From Tubulanus polymorphus (taxonomy: Eukaryota; Animalia; Nemertea): a stretch of 64,000 bases of DNA. The notes beneath the pieces are model-generated. The model saw only the letters and a program-made list of their open reading frames with translations, did no database searches and was not told where the DNA came from. Of this stretch, positions 13,311 to 25,492 are shown in pieces (within the stretch, counting starts at the first letter, position 1; every line of letters begins with the position of its first letter). The stretch is taken from the NCBI RefSeq assembly GCF_964204645.1, contig NC_134029.1, positions 4,898,001 to 4,962,000 on the forward strand, read 5' to 3'. The position numbers and the translations under genes were made by a program.

Positions 13311-14091
13311 AATTGTTAATTTTGTATGTGCGACGCTTTACGGTATAAATATGTGTCAGTTAAGAAGAATATGATTTATTTTGTAAAGCCTCTATCCTTT
13401 GACAAAATAATCTAAACGTATTTCCAATTTGTGTTTTATCGCGCTAGGTCATGCCATACGAGTAAAGTAAAAGACGATTTCAACGTTTATCAAATTGACC
13501 CACATTTTGCAGTTTCCAGAAAAGGACACGTCAGGTATCTAATCGGTAATTTGTGGATAATTTGGTCCAGCAAAATAATCAACTCAATTAAATCTATTAG
13601 ACTTACATTGAGCGAACGTAAAATGTCGAACGAAAATATAAAAAAACAACTCAAACTGAAATATTTTATTCGAGTGCAATGATATAAGATCCATTTTGGT
13701 TCGTCTTCAAAAATGAACTTTTTAACTTTGATTCATAACCGTTGAACTGAATTGTATTTCATAGATATCTACAAAAAAGATAGCTTTGATAATTACAAAA
13801 TGCAGCAAAATAGGCAAGGAACTAGATAGTAATTCCTGCTTCTTGCAGTTTGTTTAATAGTTTAGATCATTAAAGATTTATTCTGGTGGTTTTCATTTGA
13901 TGATCAGCGCTATGAGCGATGATGCCATTGCTAGTCGGAGCTATTGCTCGTAGGTTGGAGTGAGTGTTTTTGGGACTGAATTGTGATTGGCTCGTACCGC
14001 GCACGGGTATCAGCCTCCTCCTTCAAACACGTTGAGTAGTTTTTTCAACTCAGACGCCGTTCCCTCTTGCACGAAGCCGTAACAGAAAACA

Positions 14092-15171
14092 ATGCAAAAT
14101 ACAACGACGAGCCTTATCAAACTTACCGACTGTGACAAATGGCGATTGAAACCTATCAGATGGAATCATCAGTTCAGCGTCTTCATTTACGTCTACTTCT
14201 ATGCACCGGCAACAATCATAGGCATCGTTTCGAATGCCCTGACTGTTGCCGTTTTGGATAAAATGAGAAACCGCTCTTATTATCTGATTAAAGCCGTGTC
14301 TATCAATGATATGCTCTACTCACTGTTTGTGTTCGTCATGTACCCACTGAGAACAGCCCATGTCTATCGGCTTTTAGGCGACATTGTTTTTCGTTTGGAT
14401 GACTGGTTATTTGGGAAAGCGTTCATCAAGTTTTCCCACGGGGGCTATTACACGTTCCTACTAACTCGTAACTGGTGTGTTATGTTGTTGAGTTGTGAAA
14501 GGTTGATAATTGTAATGTTTCCGCTAAAATCCCGAATATTTTGGTCGAGAAATGTCGTCAATTCATTACTTATCTTCATACACCTATTGGCAGTAGCGAT
14601 ATATCTACCCCACTTTATTCCTAGGGGGCGCTTTGTGTTCATTAAGCCATGTGGTGAATATGGGCCAACTGTTACAGTAAACAGAGGGGTTCCACTCATT
14701 AAGAATCCGCAGATCCGTGCCTTCCTAAGTTTATGGAATAAGAAAATCTTACAATGGAATGAATACATTATAGCTGTTTTAATTCCACTAACGTCGTTAT
14801 GCATAACAAATGCGGCATTGATTATCAGTTTACTTATTAAGAGGAAAACACGCGGTAAAATGTCGTCAACGTTGAAAAGCCAAACAGAATCGGGCACGAA
14901 AGAACAGCGAGTGATGCGGATGGTTGTCACTGTCGTGAGCGTTTTTATTGTTTGCGAATCAATTTTTCTTATCGATCGTTTTTACTGGCAAATATCGAAG
15001 ATGGGATATAAAAATATGATTTTCAAGTATAGACCGGTTGTCACAAAAGTCGGCATTCTAATGACCGTGGTTGATTCATGCGCTAATTTCGTCATTTACA
15101 GCATAACGAATCCGAACTTCCGACACGCTGCCATGAAATTATTTCGTCCTCGCTTCGTGAAACAAATCTAA
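14092..15171 (+). CDS. Intronless rhodopsin-class (class A) GPCR, FMRFamide-receptor/Srw-like orphan
   Basis: 359 aa with 7 hydrophobic segments. TM1 GIVSN, TM3 RNW...SCERL..V.FPL, TM6 FIVCE, TM7 DSCANFVIY...FR. Confidence 0.9.
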   Translation: MQNTTTSLIKLTDCDKWRLKPIRWNHQFSVFIYVYFYAPATIIGIVSNALTVAVLDKMRNRSYYLIKAVSINDMLYSLFVFVMYPLRTAHVYRLLGDIVFRLDDWLFGKAFIKFSHGGYYTFLLTRNWCVMLLSCERLIIVMFPLKSRIFWSRNVVNSLLIFIHLLAVAIYLPHFIPRGRFVFIKPCGEYGPTVTVNRGVPLIKNPQIRAFLSLWNKKILQWNEYIIAVLIPLTSLCITNAALIISLLIKRKTRGKMSSTLKSQTESGTKEQRVMRMVVTVVSVFIVCESIFLIDRFYWQISKMGYKNMIFKYRPVVTKVGILMTVVDSCANFVIYSITNPNFRHAAMKLFRPRFVKQI

Positions 15172-15889
15172 TAGAGAATATAAAAAATGTTATATGTAAA
15201 GTATGTATGTTTTGACACAGACGAGCTGACACAGACGTCAAGGTGGTATGCTGCTATTATGTAACCATTAGTCCAATGAGCTTTCTTCACCAAATCGATT
15301 GTCACCAATATACAATATTCTCATGCAGTAACAGGTTTATTTTCCTCTCACTCACCAGGGGGCGTGGAATTGGAGGGGTGTGGCTAATTTAAAATGTGCA
15401 ACTCGTAAAACTTGCAAATATTATGCAAAGCTATATCCCGTTCAAAAATATCGCCAGTTTTTGGGGTTGGGGCATGTGCACTTAATTCAGCACGCAAAAT
15501 TCAAACCAAGGCATTAAGAAGAATTTACCTTTTGCAGATATCTATCTATTTATGGGAAATGTTAAATCCAAAATAGATTTTGAGGAGAACCTTCTCGTTA
15601 AGGATAAAATAATTTCATATATACACGTATTCTATTTTACCCGGATTCATGCAGAAGACCTATCGATTTTAGTAGTGTGTGGGAATGTTCCGGATGATTA
15701 TATAGCACGCATCTGAAATGATTATAGATGACAATAGAACATACACACGAAAAACCTCCAAGCAAAGCTTAGGATTCTCTCTAAATTGTGTAGGGAGCTA
15801 ATGATAACTGCCTAGAAAAATGATATATACGTACAATATATAAAACATGATATATAGATATAGGGAGATAATGATAGCCTTGGGAAAAA

Positions 15890-16040
15890 CATGATATCTG
15901 GCATAGCTCTACGTTCGTAGCCATGGGTGGCCTCACAATTCGAGGATTCAAGGGTAAGCAATCTTTAAGTGCTTGATTATGCACACATTTGTACGTCAGG
16001 AGAAGCTTTTCCCAAGCGGGAAGCCAAATGAAAGCCAAAC
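15890..16040 (-). mobile_element. Degenerate 3' fragment of an L2/CR1-clade LINE ORF2
   Basis: Minus-strand translation WLP...KLLLTYKCVHNQAL resembles the recalled L2 ORF2 C-terminal motif (HWLP...KILLLTYK.LH..AP). Confidence 0.5.
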
Positions 16041-16688
16041 AAGAAAAGCAAATCTTTCGATCTTATATAGGATCTAGATATTTTAAAATCTTACCGGAAC
16101 GATTAGATTTTAATAACGAGGAAAAGTAAAAATAATGTAATTTTGAGGTCTGGCCACGAGGGGGCGGTTTTAGACCAATTAATTTCAAATTTAGACTAAT
16201 TTTATCAAAGCTGAATCCTCCGGTTTGACACACTTATCTAATCGTATATGTATATATTGTTTTTGATATTGATATTCAGGTGTTTTCCTGAATATAACCT
16301 ACGAGGCTGTCTCTACATCGGCCTAAGACCTCCTTCGATGGAAAACAATGATAAGATATTGCAGTTTCCGCGAGGGAAACCCCTGGTCCAAAATGTTCAA
16401 CTTTAAGCTAATTCTCTGCTAAGGAATGTTTTAGGGCACTTTATAGAATAGTCTATTTTGTCTAATACAGAAAATAATCAAATTTCTTATCATCACTTCT
16501 CACTATCACAAGACCTACGTAACTAGCCGGCCGCACTATGCATCGGCAAGTGAGAAATATCATTTCATTGAACAAAGATATGAAAATCAGTCCATCAACA
16601 TCGCTTTTTCTATCGGTCACGCGGGTGTTTTGCCGAAATGACTAGTTGACAGCACGTGTTACAACTTTTCTTAAAATATTATCAAGAT

Positions 16689-17714
16689 CTATGTATGAGT
16701 TCTGCAGATCATGCGGGCATTTTTCCTGAATCTCTTGTTGATTATCAAATATAGAATTACATTTATTAATGAGTCAACTTTACTGGAAACTTCTCCAGCG
16801 TATTTCAATAGTTCACGGTTAATAACATCATCCAACCAGTGGAAATCATAGTTTAGCAAAGTGAACATGTTCGGAAATTCGCACAGTAAATGCGCAGTGA
16901 CAATTGAGATCGTCATCGCTAGAGCAGTCTTCACCATTTTTGTCGAATCATCAGTTTTGGAGTCGGCGAACATTTCTTGCCGTCTTGTATTTGAACGATT
17001 GACGCAATAACACAATACTGCATTGCCAAAAAACAAAAGAATAATAGGAGCTAGCGTTCCGACATATATTGAAACTGGTCTTCTATACTTGCCTGTTACC
17101 CAGCCCGGGAAATTTGCGTAAGCATAGAAATCATCTTTAAAATATTTGCATGCATTAAACTTTAACGGTCCTCGAATTTTCATAAAGAAGCACGGTAGTG
17201 TCAATAATGTATTTAACAATGCGATAATTAAAACCACATTAAACATGAATGATTTGGTAAAATGATGTTTTGATTTGAACGGAAAGTTTATTGTAATCAA
17301 GCGTTCATATGTAACTGAAACGGTCAGCCAATTACGGATAAAATAAAGTAGATATTTCATAGAAAGTGCGTAAGCATCCAACTGAGGCAACAAATACGCC
17401 TGATGTAGATACACATATAAACTACCATACTGAAAATACCTCATTAGAACACCAATAGTGTATTCCGGAATACTAACCGATAAAAACAACCCGTCAAAAA
17501 CAGTAAGCGACGTCAATAAGAAATAAGTCGGATGAAATGGAAATTTCCTTAATACAATGAAGCAGAATATGTTTAAGAACACGCCAACTATTGCTATAGG
17601 AGCGCTGATAAATGCATGAATGTTCAATCGAGCCCACACTATCGGAAATGGTTCACAAGTCTTGTTGAAATCATACACGAGCAGTTTGTCTTGCATAAAC
17701 CATGGATTTGACAT
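16689..17714 (-). CDS. Intronless class A GPCR, tandem paralog 1
   Basis: 341 aa, 7TM. Motifs GVFLN, LTVFDG, RNW...YERL, CEFP, DSLINVILY...KRFR. Confidence 0.92.
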   Translation of the reverse strand: MSNPWFMQDKLLVYDFNKTCEPFPIVWARLNIHAFISAPIAIVGVFLNIFCFIVLRKFPFHPTYFLLTSLTVFDGLFLSVSIPEYTIGVLMRYFQYGSLYVYLHQAYLLPQLDAYALSMKYLLYFIRNWLTVSVTYERLITINFPFKSKHHFTKSFMFNVVLIIALLNTLLTLPCFFMKIRGPLKFNACKYFKDDFYAYANFPGWVTGKYRRPVSIYVGTLAPIILLFFGNAVLCYCVNRSNTRRQEMFADSKTDDSTKMVKTALAMTISIVTAHLLCEFPNMFTLLNYDFHWLDDVINRELLKYAGEVSSKVDSLINVILYLIINKRFRKNARMICRTHT

Positions 17715-18888
17715 ATTATTTATCGTTAGTTGATGCCTTCATTTCATTTTCAGAACTCACCAGAACTCACAGTAGACGATGTGCTGTATAGGCTGTTTCA
17801 TTTGCATCTATTAGGTAAAGTTATGATTCTATTGAAACTTGAAATCCTCAGCATTTGTGCCAATAAACATCATTCTTAATTGAAGAAGTCCCACAATTCA
17901 AATTTTATACTTCTTCAATTTATCTACACACGGATTAGAGTGTTTCATTCGACAACTAAACATCATTTTATTGTAATTTTCATGACAGCCAATGGTGTAA
18001 CAGTAACATTGATGCTGGCAATAATGTAACGAAGACTCTATGCAAACAAAACCATGTGAGCCACTTAATTCTATTCACTGGCCGGTTTTGAATTGCTGAG
18101 AAACTTGTTATGGCATTAATGACCATTAAACGCACGCGCTAGATGATTCCTATCATCGATGACCTAAGGTTGCCATAAGCTATGCAAAATTTTGTATTTG
18201 TAAGATTAGTCGTTAAATGTGATCTTTGCTGTTTCTGGGCTATATCAGCTAACTCTTACGCGTCTTACACATGATACACGTGAAATATTAAACGCGTTAC
18301 AGGCGTAGAAACGAAATGTTACAAATAAAATAAGCTTTCAATCCTAGATGGGATCTATAAACTTGCAAATTTTACCGATACTATCAGATTCAAATTACTA
18401 GGGAACATACACATTATGAAAGTCACAGTTGCTGTATTTTGAGGTTTGTACACGAGGAGCGGTTGAGACAAAATTCAAATATTGACTTATTATATGATAG
18501 CCGAGTCCTCCCGTTTGACACACTTATCCAATCGTATGTATATTTTTGTCACACGAAGTAAAATATGGCCCACATAGAGTCTGTCTCAACAGGCATACGA
18601 CCTTCTTTAGAGTGGTGAATAAGATATGGGAGTTTCCAGGAGGGAAAAACATCAGGTGTCAAATGATCGATTTATAGTTAGTTCTCTGCTATAAAAAGCT
18701 TTATACAATAAGGACATTTTGTAAAATTGTTCATTTTGTCTAATACATGAAGTAATCTGAACTTTTTTAATTCTAATTCCCAATACCACAATACAATACT
18801 AGCTAGCCGCGCTTTGCATCGGTTATCAGCCCATCAACATCGCCTTTTTCTGCCGGTCACGTGGGTGTTATAAGAATATTATCAAGAT

Positions 18889-19911
18889 CTATGTACGAGT
18901 TCTGCAAATCGTGCGGGCGTTTTGCCTGAATCTCTTGTTGATAATCAAATATAGAATTACATTTATTAATGAGTCCACTTTACTAGGAATTTCTCCAGCG
19001 TATTTCAATAGTTCACGATTAATAAGATGATCCAACCAATGGAAATCATAGTTTAAGAAAGTGAACATGCTTGGAAATTCGCACAGTAAATGCGCAGTGA
19101 CAATTGAAATCGTCATCGCTAGAGCTGTTTTCATTATCTTTGTCGAATCATCAGTTTTGGATTTGGCGAACATTTCTTGCCGTATTGTGTTTGAACGATT
19201 GATGCAATAACACAATGTTGCGTTGCCAAAAAATAAAAGAATAATAGGAGCTAGCGTACCGACATAAATTGAAAGTGGTCTTCTATACTTGCCTGTAACC
19301 CAGCCATGGAAATGTGTGTAAGCGTAGAAATCATCTTTGAAATATTTGCATGCATTGAATTTTAATGGTCCTTTAATTTTTACGAAGAAGGACGGTAGTG
19401 TCACTAATGTATTCAACAATACAATACTTAAAACAATCTTCAACATCAACGCTTTCGTGAAACGGTTTCTCGATTTGAACGGAAATTTTATTGTAATTAA
19501 GCGTTCTAATGTGATAAAAACAGTCAGCCAATTTCGGATGAAATAAAATAGAGATTTCAAACAAGGCATGTAAGCATCCAACTGAGGCAACAAATACGCC
19601 TGATGTAGATACACATATAAACTACCATACTGAAGGTACCTTATTAAAACACCGCTGTGTTCTGGAATAGTAACCAACAAAAAGAGCCCGTCAAAAACAG
19701 TAAGCGACGTCAGTAAGAAATAAGTCGGATGAAATGGAAATTTCCTTAATACAATGAAGCAGAATATGTTTAAGAACACGCCAACCATTGATATAGGAAC
19801 ACAGATGAATGTATGAATGTTCAATCGAGACCAAACTATCGGAAATGGTTTACAAGTCTTGTTGAAATCATACACGAGCAGTCTGTCTTGCATAAACCAT
19901 GGATTTGACAT
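18889..19911 (-). CDS. Intronless class A GPCR, tandem paralog 2
   Basis: 340 aa, same motifs as paralog 1, with a one-codon deletion after TM2. Confidence 0.92.
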   Translation of the reverse strand: MSNPWFMQDRLLVYDFNKTCKPFPIVWSRLNIHTFICVPISMVGVFLNIFCFIVLRKFPFHPTYFLLTSLTVFDGLFLLVTIPEHSGVLIRYLQYGSLYVYLHQAYLLPQLDAYMPCLKSLFYFIRNWLTVFITLERLITIKFPFKSRNRFTKALMLKIVLSIVLLNTLVTLPSFFVKIKGPLKFNACKYFKDDFYAYTHFHGWVTGKYRRPLSIYVGTLAPIILLFFGNATLCYCINRSNTIRQEMFAKSKTDDSTKIMKTALAMTISIVTAHLLCEFPSMFTFLNYDFHWLDHLINRELLKYAGEIPSKVDSLINVILYLIINKRFRQNARTICRTRT

Positions 19912-21256
19912 ATTATTTCTCAGTACAAAGCTGCTTTCATTTCATCTGAGTACTGCAGTAACTGACGTTGCGCTGTATAGGCATTCGCATCTATTAGATA
20001 CAGTTGTGATTCCATGAAAGCATGAATCCTCGGCATTTTGTCCATCAACATTAATCTCTTACAACGAATGAACGAATGTTCAGGATAACCAATGCTAAGT
20101 GAGAGACCTGAGGTTTCTGCTGACATAATGATTTAATCTAATCTCCCAATTTTACCCTGTTTATTTGCAAAGTATTAATTGTCCTTTGACTACAGAAACA
20201 TATGAATATTCTCGCTATTTAGGTCGATCGACACTCATAATATGAATACATGTATATAGAATATGTTGCAAGGAGCCCATCACTACAAGTCTTATTCACT
20301 TGCTAAATACATACATTTACACCGAGAATATATCATCATTAAAGTACCATTCTGGATACTATGTCAACATATGTAGTAATCTTTCACTGAGAAAACGCAT
20401 GATTCGCACTAACTAAGAATCCCGCGTGAGGATATGAATCACAGAGAAAAGCGTCACGGGAAAAAGATTTATCATTGAATCCATAAAAGCGCTGGGAATC
20501 TTGGAATGAACCATTCTGCATAACATGTCAAAACATGATGTTATGACATATTTCCCCAAAAAAGAAGGCGGTGGCATGTTCTTATAATTCAGGAAGTCAA
20601 ACTATAATCCCCACTTCAGTTCATCATTCTCACAGACATCGATTCGAAGTTGCAGTCGTGATAAGTTATAAAACCCGTTGATCCATTCAAACGGTACTTG
20701 CCCAACACGTAATATTCGCCATTAATCCAGGGTGAGGATATCGACCATTGGGAAAAGCGATCTTTTCACAACCACGGGGAAAATATATCATTGAGTCCAT
20801 GAATATGGGCAATGCTGTCTGAATACCAGTACTATAGATTAATCAACGACTAGTTTCCAATGAAATTGGCATCTAAAGGAAACGCATATTACAGGCCTAT
20901 CCACGCAAGGAACGCAAAAACGAATTGAAATCAGAAGATATCGAACACTTATTTTGAAATTTATTCTAACAATATCACATACAATTTCTCTCAAGGACCA
21001 CGTACTAATGATTCTACACTACTTTTACCTGAAATCTTTAGTGGTAGAGGACGTATTGGCCCTCTCTCATCCATGAAGTATAATAAAATAATATTGATAA
21101 TGATAATAACTCTTTTTTTATACGGCTTAGATGGTAAAATATATAACGCTGTGCAGATTATACAAATTATGTACGTATTATGTGAGTTCTCCAGAATTTC
21201 TAACCGCAGCAGACATCAAGGCGGCAAGTTTTCTTTTGAATTATTATGTTATAGAT

Positions 21257-22282
21257 CTATGTACGAGTTCTGCAGATCAGACGGGCGTTTTGCCTGAATC
21301 TCTTGTTGATGATCAAATATAGAATTACATTTATTAATGAGTCAACTTTACTGGAAACTTCTCCAGCGTATTTCAATAGTTCACGATTAAAAAGATGATC
21401 CAACAAGTGGAAATCGTAGTTTAAGAAAGTGAACATGCTTGGAAATTCGCACAGTAAATGCGCAGTGACAATTGAAATCGTCATCGCTAGAGCTGTCTTC
21501 ACCATTTTTTTTGAATCATCAGTTTTGGAGTCGGCCAACATTTCTTGCCGTCTTGTGTTCGAACGACTGACGTAAAAACACAATGTTGCATTGCCAAAAA
21601 ATAAGAGCATAATAGGAGCTAGCGTACCGACATAAATGGAAAGTGGTCGTTTATACCTGCCTGTTAGCCAGCCCGGGAATTGCACGTAAGCGTAAAAATC
21701 ATCTTTGAAATATTTGCATGCATTGAATTTTAACGGTCCTTTAATATTTACGAAGAAGGACGGTAGCGTCAATAATGTATTTAGCAAAGCAATACTTAAA
21801 ACCATCTTCAACATGAACGCTTTCGTAAAACGGTTTCTCGATTTGAACGGAAATTTTATTGTAATTAAGCGTTCTAATGTGATAGAAACAGTCAGCCAAT
21901 TTCGGATGAAATAGAATAGAGATTTCGCAGAGGGCAGGTAAGCGTCCAACTGAGGCAACAAATACGCCTGATGTAGATACACATATAAACTACCATACTG
22001 AAAATACCTCATCAAAGCACCGATGGTGTATTCTGGAATAGTGACAAATAAAAACAACCCGTCAAAAACAGTAAGCGACGTCAATAAGAAATAAGTCGGA
22101 TGAAATGGAAATTTCCTTAATACAATGAAGCAGAATATGTTTAAGAACACGCCAACTATTGCTATAGGAGCGCTGATAAATGCATGAATGTTCAATCGAG
22201 ACCAAACTATCGGAAATGGTTTACAAGTCTTGTTGAAATCATACACGAGCAGTTTGTCTTGCATAAACCATGGATTTGACAT
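21257..22282 (-). CDS. Intronless class A GPCR, tandem paralog 3
   Basis: 341 aa, same motifs as paralog 1. Confidence 0.92.
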   Translation of the reverse strand: MSNPWFMQDKLLVYDFNKTCKPFPIVWSRLNIHAFISAPIAIVGVFLNIFCFIVLRKFPFHPTYFLLTSLTVFDGLFLFVTIPEYTIGALMRYFQYGSLYVYLHQAYLLPQLDAYLPSAKSLFYFIRNWLTVSITLERLITIKFPFKSRNRFTKAFMLKMVLSIALLNTLLTLPSFFVNIKGPLKFNACKYFKDDFYAYVQFPGWLTGRYKRPLSIYVGTLAPIMLLFFGNATLCFYVSRSNTRRQEMLADSKTDDSKKMVKTALAMTISIVTAHLLCEFPSMFTFLNYDFHLLDHLFNRELLKYAGEVSSKVDSLINVILYLIINKRFRQNARLICRTRT

Positions 22283-23160
22283 ATCTTTCCTCAGTACAAA
22301 ATGCTTTCATTTCATACTGAGTACTGCAGTAACTGACGTTGCGCTGTACAAGCATTCGCATCTATTAGATAAAGTTTAACATTAATCTCTTACAACGAAT
22401 GCACGAATGTCCAGGAGAGCCAATACTAAGTGAGATATCTAAGGTTTCTATCGACACCTTGCGTAATGATTTAATCTAATCTTCCAGTTATATTTTTCCC
22501 ATGACTTGACTACAGAAACTTTATTTCTTATGAATATTCTAGCAATTAAGGTCGACACTCATAATGTGAATATATGCATATAGAATATGATGCGATAGGG
22601 CGTTCAGTTTACAAGTTTTATTCATTTGCTAAATTAAAATACATACATTTACACTGAGAATATTTATCTTATTCAGGTATCGTTCTGCATACTATGTCAA
22701 AATATGAAGTATGTTCTGACACATTTTCACTGAAAACACGCAATCTTCGCTCAAACTAATAATCTTGGATGATGGTATGAATCACAGACAAAAAAGCGAT
22801 ATTTTCCGCCAAAGGAAAAATATTCATACTATTAAGGGGAAACTGTCGTTTTTCATAACCAGTTAACACGAAATCTATTGGTTTTCGACGGTAAAGATAA
22901 CAATTTTACTTGTATCCATGGGTCTAATTTCACCCAAATCTAAATCCCCAAAATCACCGAGAATGGCTGAAAAAGGTGGTAGATGCGTGTACATATGCCT
23001 GTGTTCTTTGACGTATTAAAACATCCGACTTTAAATTTGGCCAAATTTATCGCGGTAGTTCTCTTCCTTTTCTCCAATCCACGAACGAATCAAGCTTGAT
23101 ATTGATATTCCAGAACTGCTCCCGAAACCTAACAATCTAGATCATACGGGTTGCGCCTTT

Positions 23161-24207
23161 TCAAATACTATCTAGATAGATCTTGGTAGAGATTCTACAG
23201 ATCAGACGGGCGTTTTGCCTAAATCTCTTGTTAACGATCAAATATAGAATTACGTTAATTAATGAGTCCACTTTACTGAAAACTTCTGCAGTGTATGCTA
23301 AATGATTGCGATCTAAAAGAACATCTAACCAACCGAAATCATAGTTTAATAAAGAGAACATGTTTGGAAATTCGCACAGTAAATGCGCAGTTACAATTGA
23401 GATCGTCATCGCTAGAGCTGTTTTCACCATTTTTGTCGAATCATCAGTTTTGGAGCCGGCGAACATTTCTTGCCGTCTTGTGCTCGAACGACTGACCCTG
23501 TGACACAATGCTGCATTTCCAAAGAACAAAAGAATAATAGGAGCTAGCGTACCGAAATAGATCGAAACATGTCTTCTATATTTTCCTGTGATCCAGCCCC
23601 GAAAATTTGCGTAAACATAGAAATCATCTTTAAAATATTTGCAGGCATTGAATTTTAACGGCCCTCGAATTTTCATAACGAAGCACGGTAGTGTCAATAA
23701 TGTATTTAACAAAACAATACTTAAAACCACATTAAACATGAATGATTTGGTAAAACGATTTTTCGTTTGGAACGGAAAGTTTATTGTAATTAAGCGTTCG
23801 AATGTGACAGAAACAGTCAACCAATTACGAATAAAGTAAAACAAATATTTCGTAGAAGGCAGGTAAGCATCCAACTGAGGCAACAAATACGCCTGATGTA
23901 GATACACGTATAACCTGCCATACTGAAAATACCTCATTAGAACACCGATACTGTATTCCGGAATACTAACCAACAAAAACAACCCGTCAAAAACGGTAAG
24001 CGACGTCAATAAGAAATAAGTCGGATGAAATGGAAATTTTCTTAATACAATGAAGCAGAATATGTTTAAGAACACGCCAACTATTGCTATAGGAGCGCTG
24101 ATAAATGCATGAATGTTCAATCGAGACCAAACTATCGGAAATGGTTTACAAGTCTTGTTGAAATCGTACACGAGCAGTTTGTCTTGCATAAACCATGGAT
24201 TCGACAT
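23161..24207 (-). CDS. Intronless class A GPCR, tandem paralog 4
   Basis: 348 aa, same motifs as paralog 1, with an extended C-terminus (ISTKIYLDSI). Confidence 0.92.
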   Translation of the reverse strand: MSNPWFMQDKLLVYDFNKTCKPFPIVWSRLNIHAFISAPIAIVGVFLNIFCFIVLRKFPFHPTYFLLTSLTVFDGLFLLVSIPEYSIGVLMRYFQYGRLYVYLHQAYLLPQLDAYLPSTKYLFYFIRNWLTVSVTFERLITINFPFQTKNRFTKSFMFNVVLSIVLLNTLLTLPCFVMKIRGPLKFNACKYFKDDFYVYANFRGWITGKYRRHVSIYFGTLAPIILLFFGNAALCHRVSRSSTRRQEMFAGSKTDDSTKMVKTALAMTISIVTAHLLCEFPNMFSLLNYDFGWLDVLLDRNHLAYTAEVFSKVDSLINVILYLIVNKRFRQNARLICRISTKIYLDSI

Positions 24208-24632
24208 ATCATTTATCGTTAGAAAGATTCCGAGTACAAACAGTGCGTGAAGTTGTGCAACACCTTGCTGAATAATTTGATTTGCATTAAAACAAATTCC
24301 GTTGAAAGCTAGAATGCTCGGTATGTGTGTCGATGAATTGTCTTCTCTTCAGTTTTTCACGGTAGCCAGTAGCCGGCAGTATTATACCGACACTGAATTT
24401 GAAGTAACTTCCCAATTTCATTTGCAAAGTATTCAATGTCATTAACTCTATTCATCTCATGAATATTCTTGACGCTCGTAATATAGATTCGTAAAGAGTA
24501 TGTCGCAAGACGAAAACTTTGAATCTAATCTCAAAAGTTCTATATCTAAATACATGTATATATGATACATTGAGCACGTTTCATTTAGACACAACTGTAT
24601 AAACTTTGTTTAAATGTGAATGTGCCTGTGGC

Positions 24633-24707
24633 TAGTCGAGTACCTAGCCGTCGTTCCACTAACAACCGGTTGTAGGGAACCGGTAACAACGACTGGTATT
24701 CAGACTA
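24633..24707. mobile_element. 75-bp TIR element with a 9-bp target-site duplication (AcademH- or Mutator-like MITE)
   Basis: TAGTC-GAGTACC...GGTATTCAGACTA ends flanked by the exact direct repeat GCCTGTGGC (24624-24632, 24708-24716). Confidence 0.75.
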
Positions 24708-25249
24708 GCCTGTGGCGTGATGTAAGAGTGTTTGAAAGTTGGATATCATGAGATGCTATATATGGATCATGATGGCTGTTTCTGCAACAAACTTCCCCGT
24801 GTCAAATGGATCCAATAAACTATGAATATTACGGCTGGTCTTTTGTTATCAAGTCAGCGGGCGGGGGACACGGACATGATTTCCGAGTTACATAGGTTTT
24901 CGTAGTTCGTAGTACGAACCCACTACCTCTTGGTTGTGAGTGAAATACCCTTCACGAGCCACTAAGAAAAAATTTGAAGACATCTAGTATATCAATTTTT
25001 ATATTTATTTTAACAATATCACATTGATATGATTCCGTGGTCATGATACATGTTAAATCATGGACGTGTAGTCAATACAGTTTACGATATAAATATCAAA
25101 ACATCAATCGCGTGGAATACAAGACAAAATCACACAGACAACAAACAAACGCGTGTATTTTCGATGGACATTGGCTTGGTGAAAACGATATTGTGATGTC
25201 TTACAGTAAAAAAATAGGACGGATATAAACACAGTAACTTCACTCAGTA

Positions 25250-25422
25250 CAGGGGCGGATCCGGTGCCTAATCGTGACTACCTTTCAACATTGTACTGTA
25301 CTGTAATGCTCAGTGGGCCTTAATCGCCGTTTTGTTTTTTTTAACCGCCGTTTTTAAGGAGGGTACTGCATAATTTTTCATTGTTCGCGTGAGGAATGTG
25401 AGGCACCCTAAATCCGCATCTG
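25250..25422. mobile_element. Degenerate MITE related to the element at 2495-2824
   Basis: Imperfect TIRs CAGGGGCGGATCC ... AATCCGCATCTG. Confidence 0.5.
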
Positions 25423-25492
25423 ACAGTCAGTCAGTAAAGTAGCAGCGCATTTTACGAGGCACATTCGTAATTCACAACTAGGGTAAGTAAAT

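Noticed and set aside
13895-13985. TGATGA...CTGA C/D snoRNA-like boxes (also 32195-32250)
   Set aside because: No convincing terminal stem or recognisable rRNA guide, and the second candidate is antisense to its host intron.
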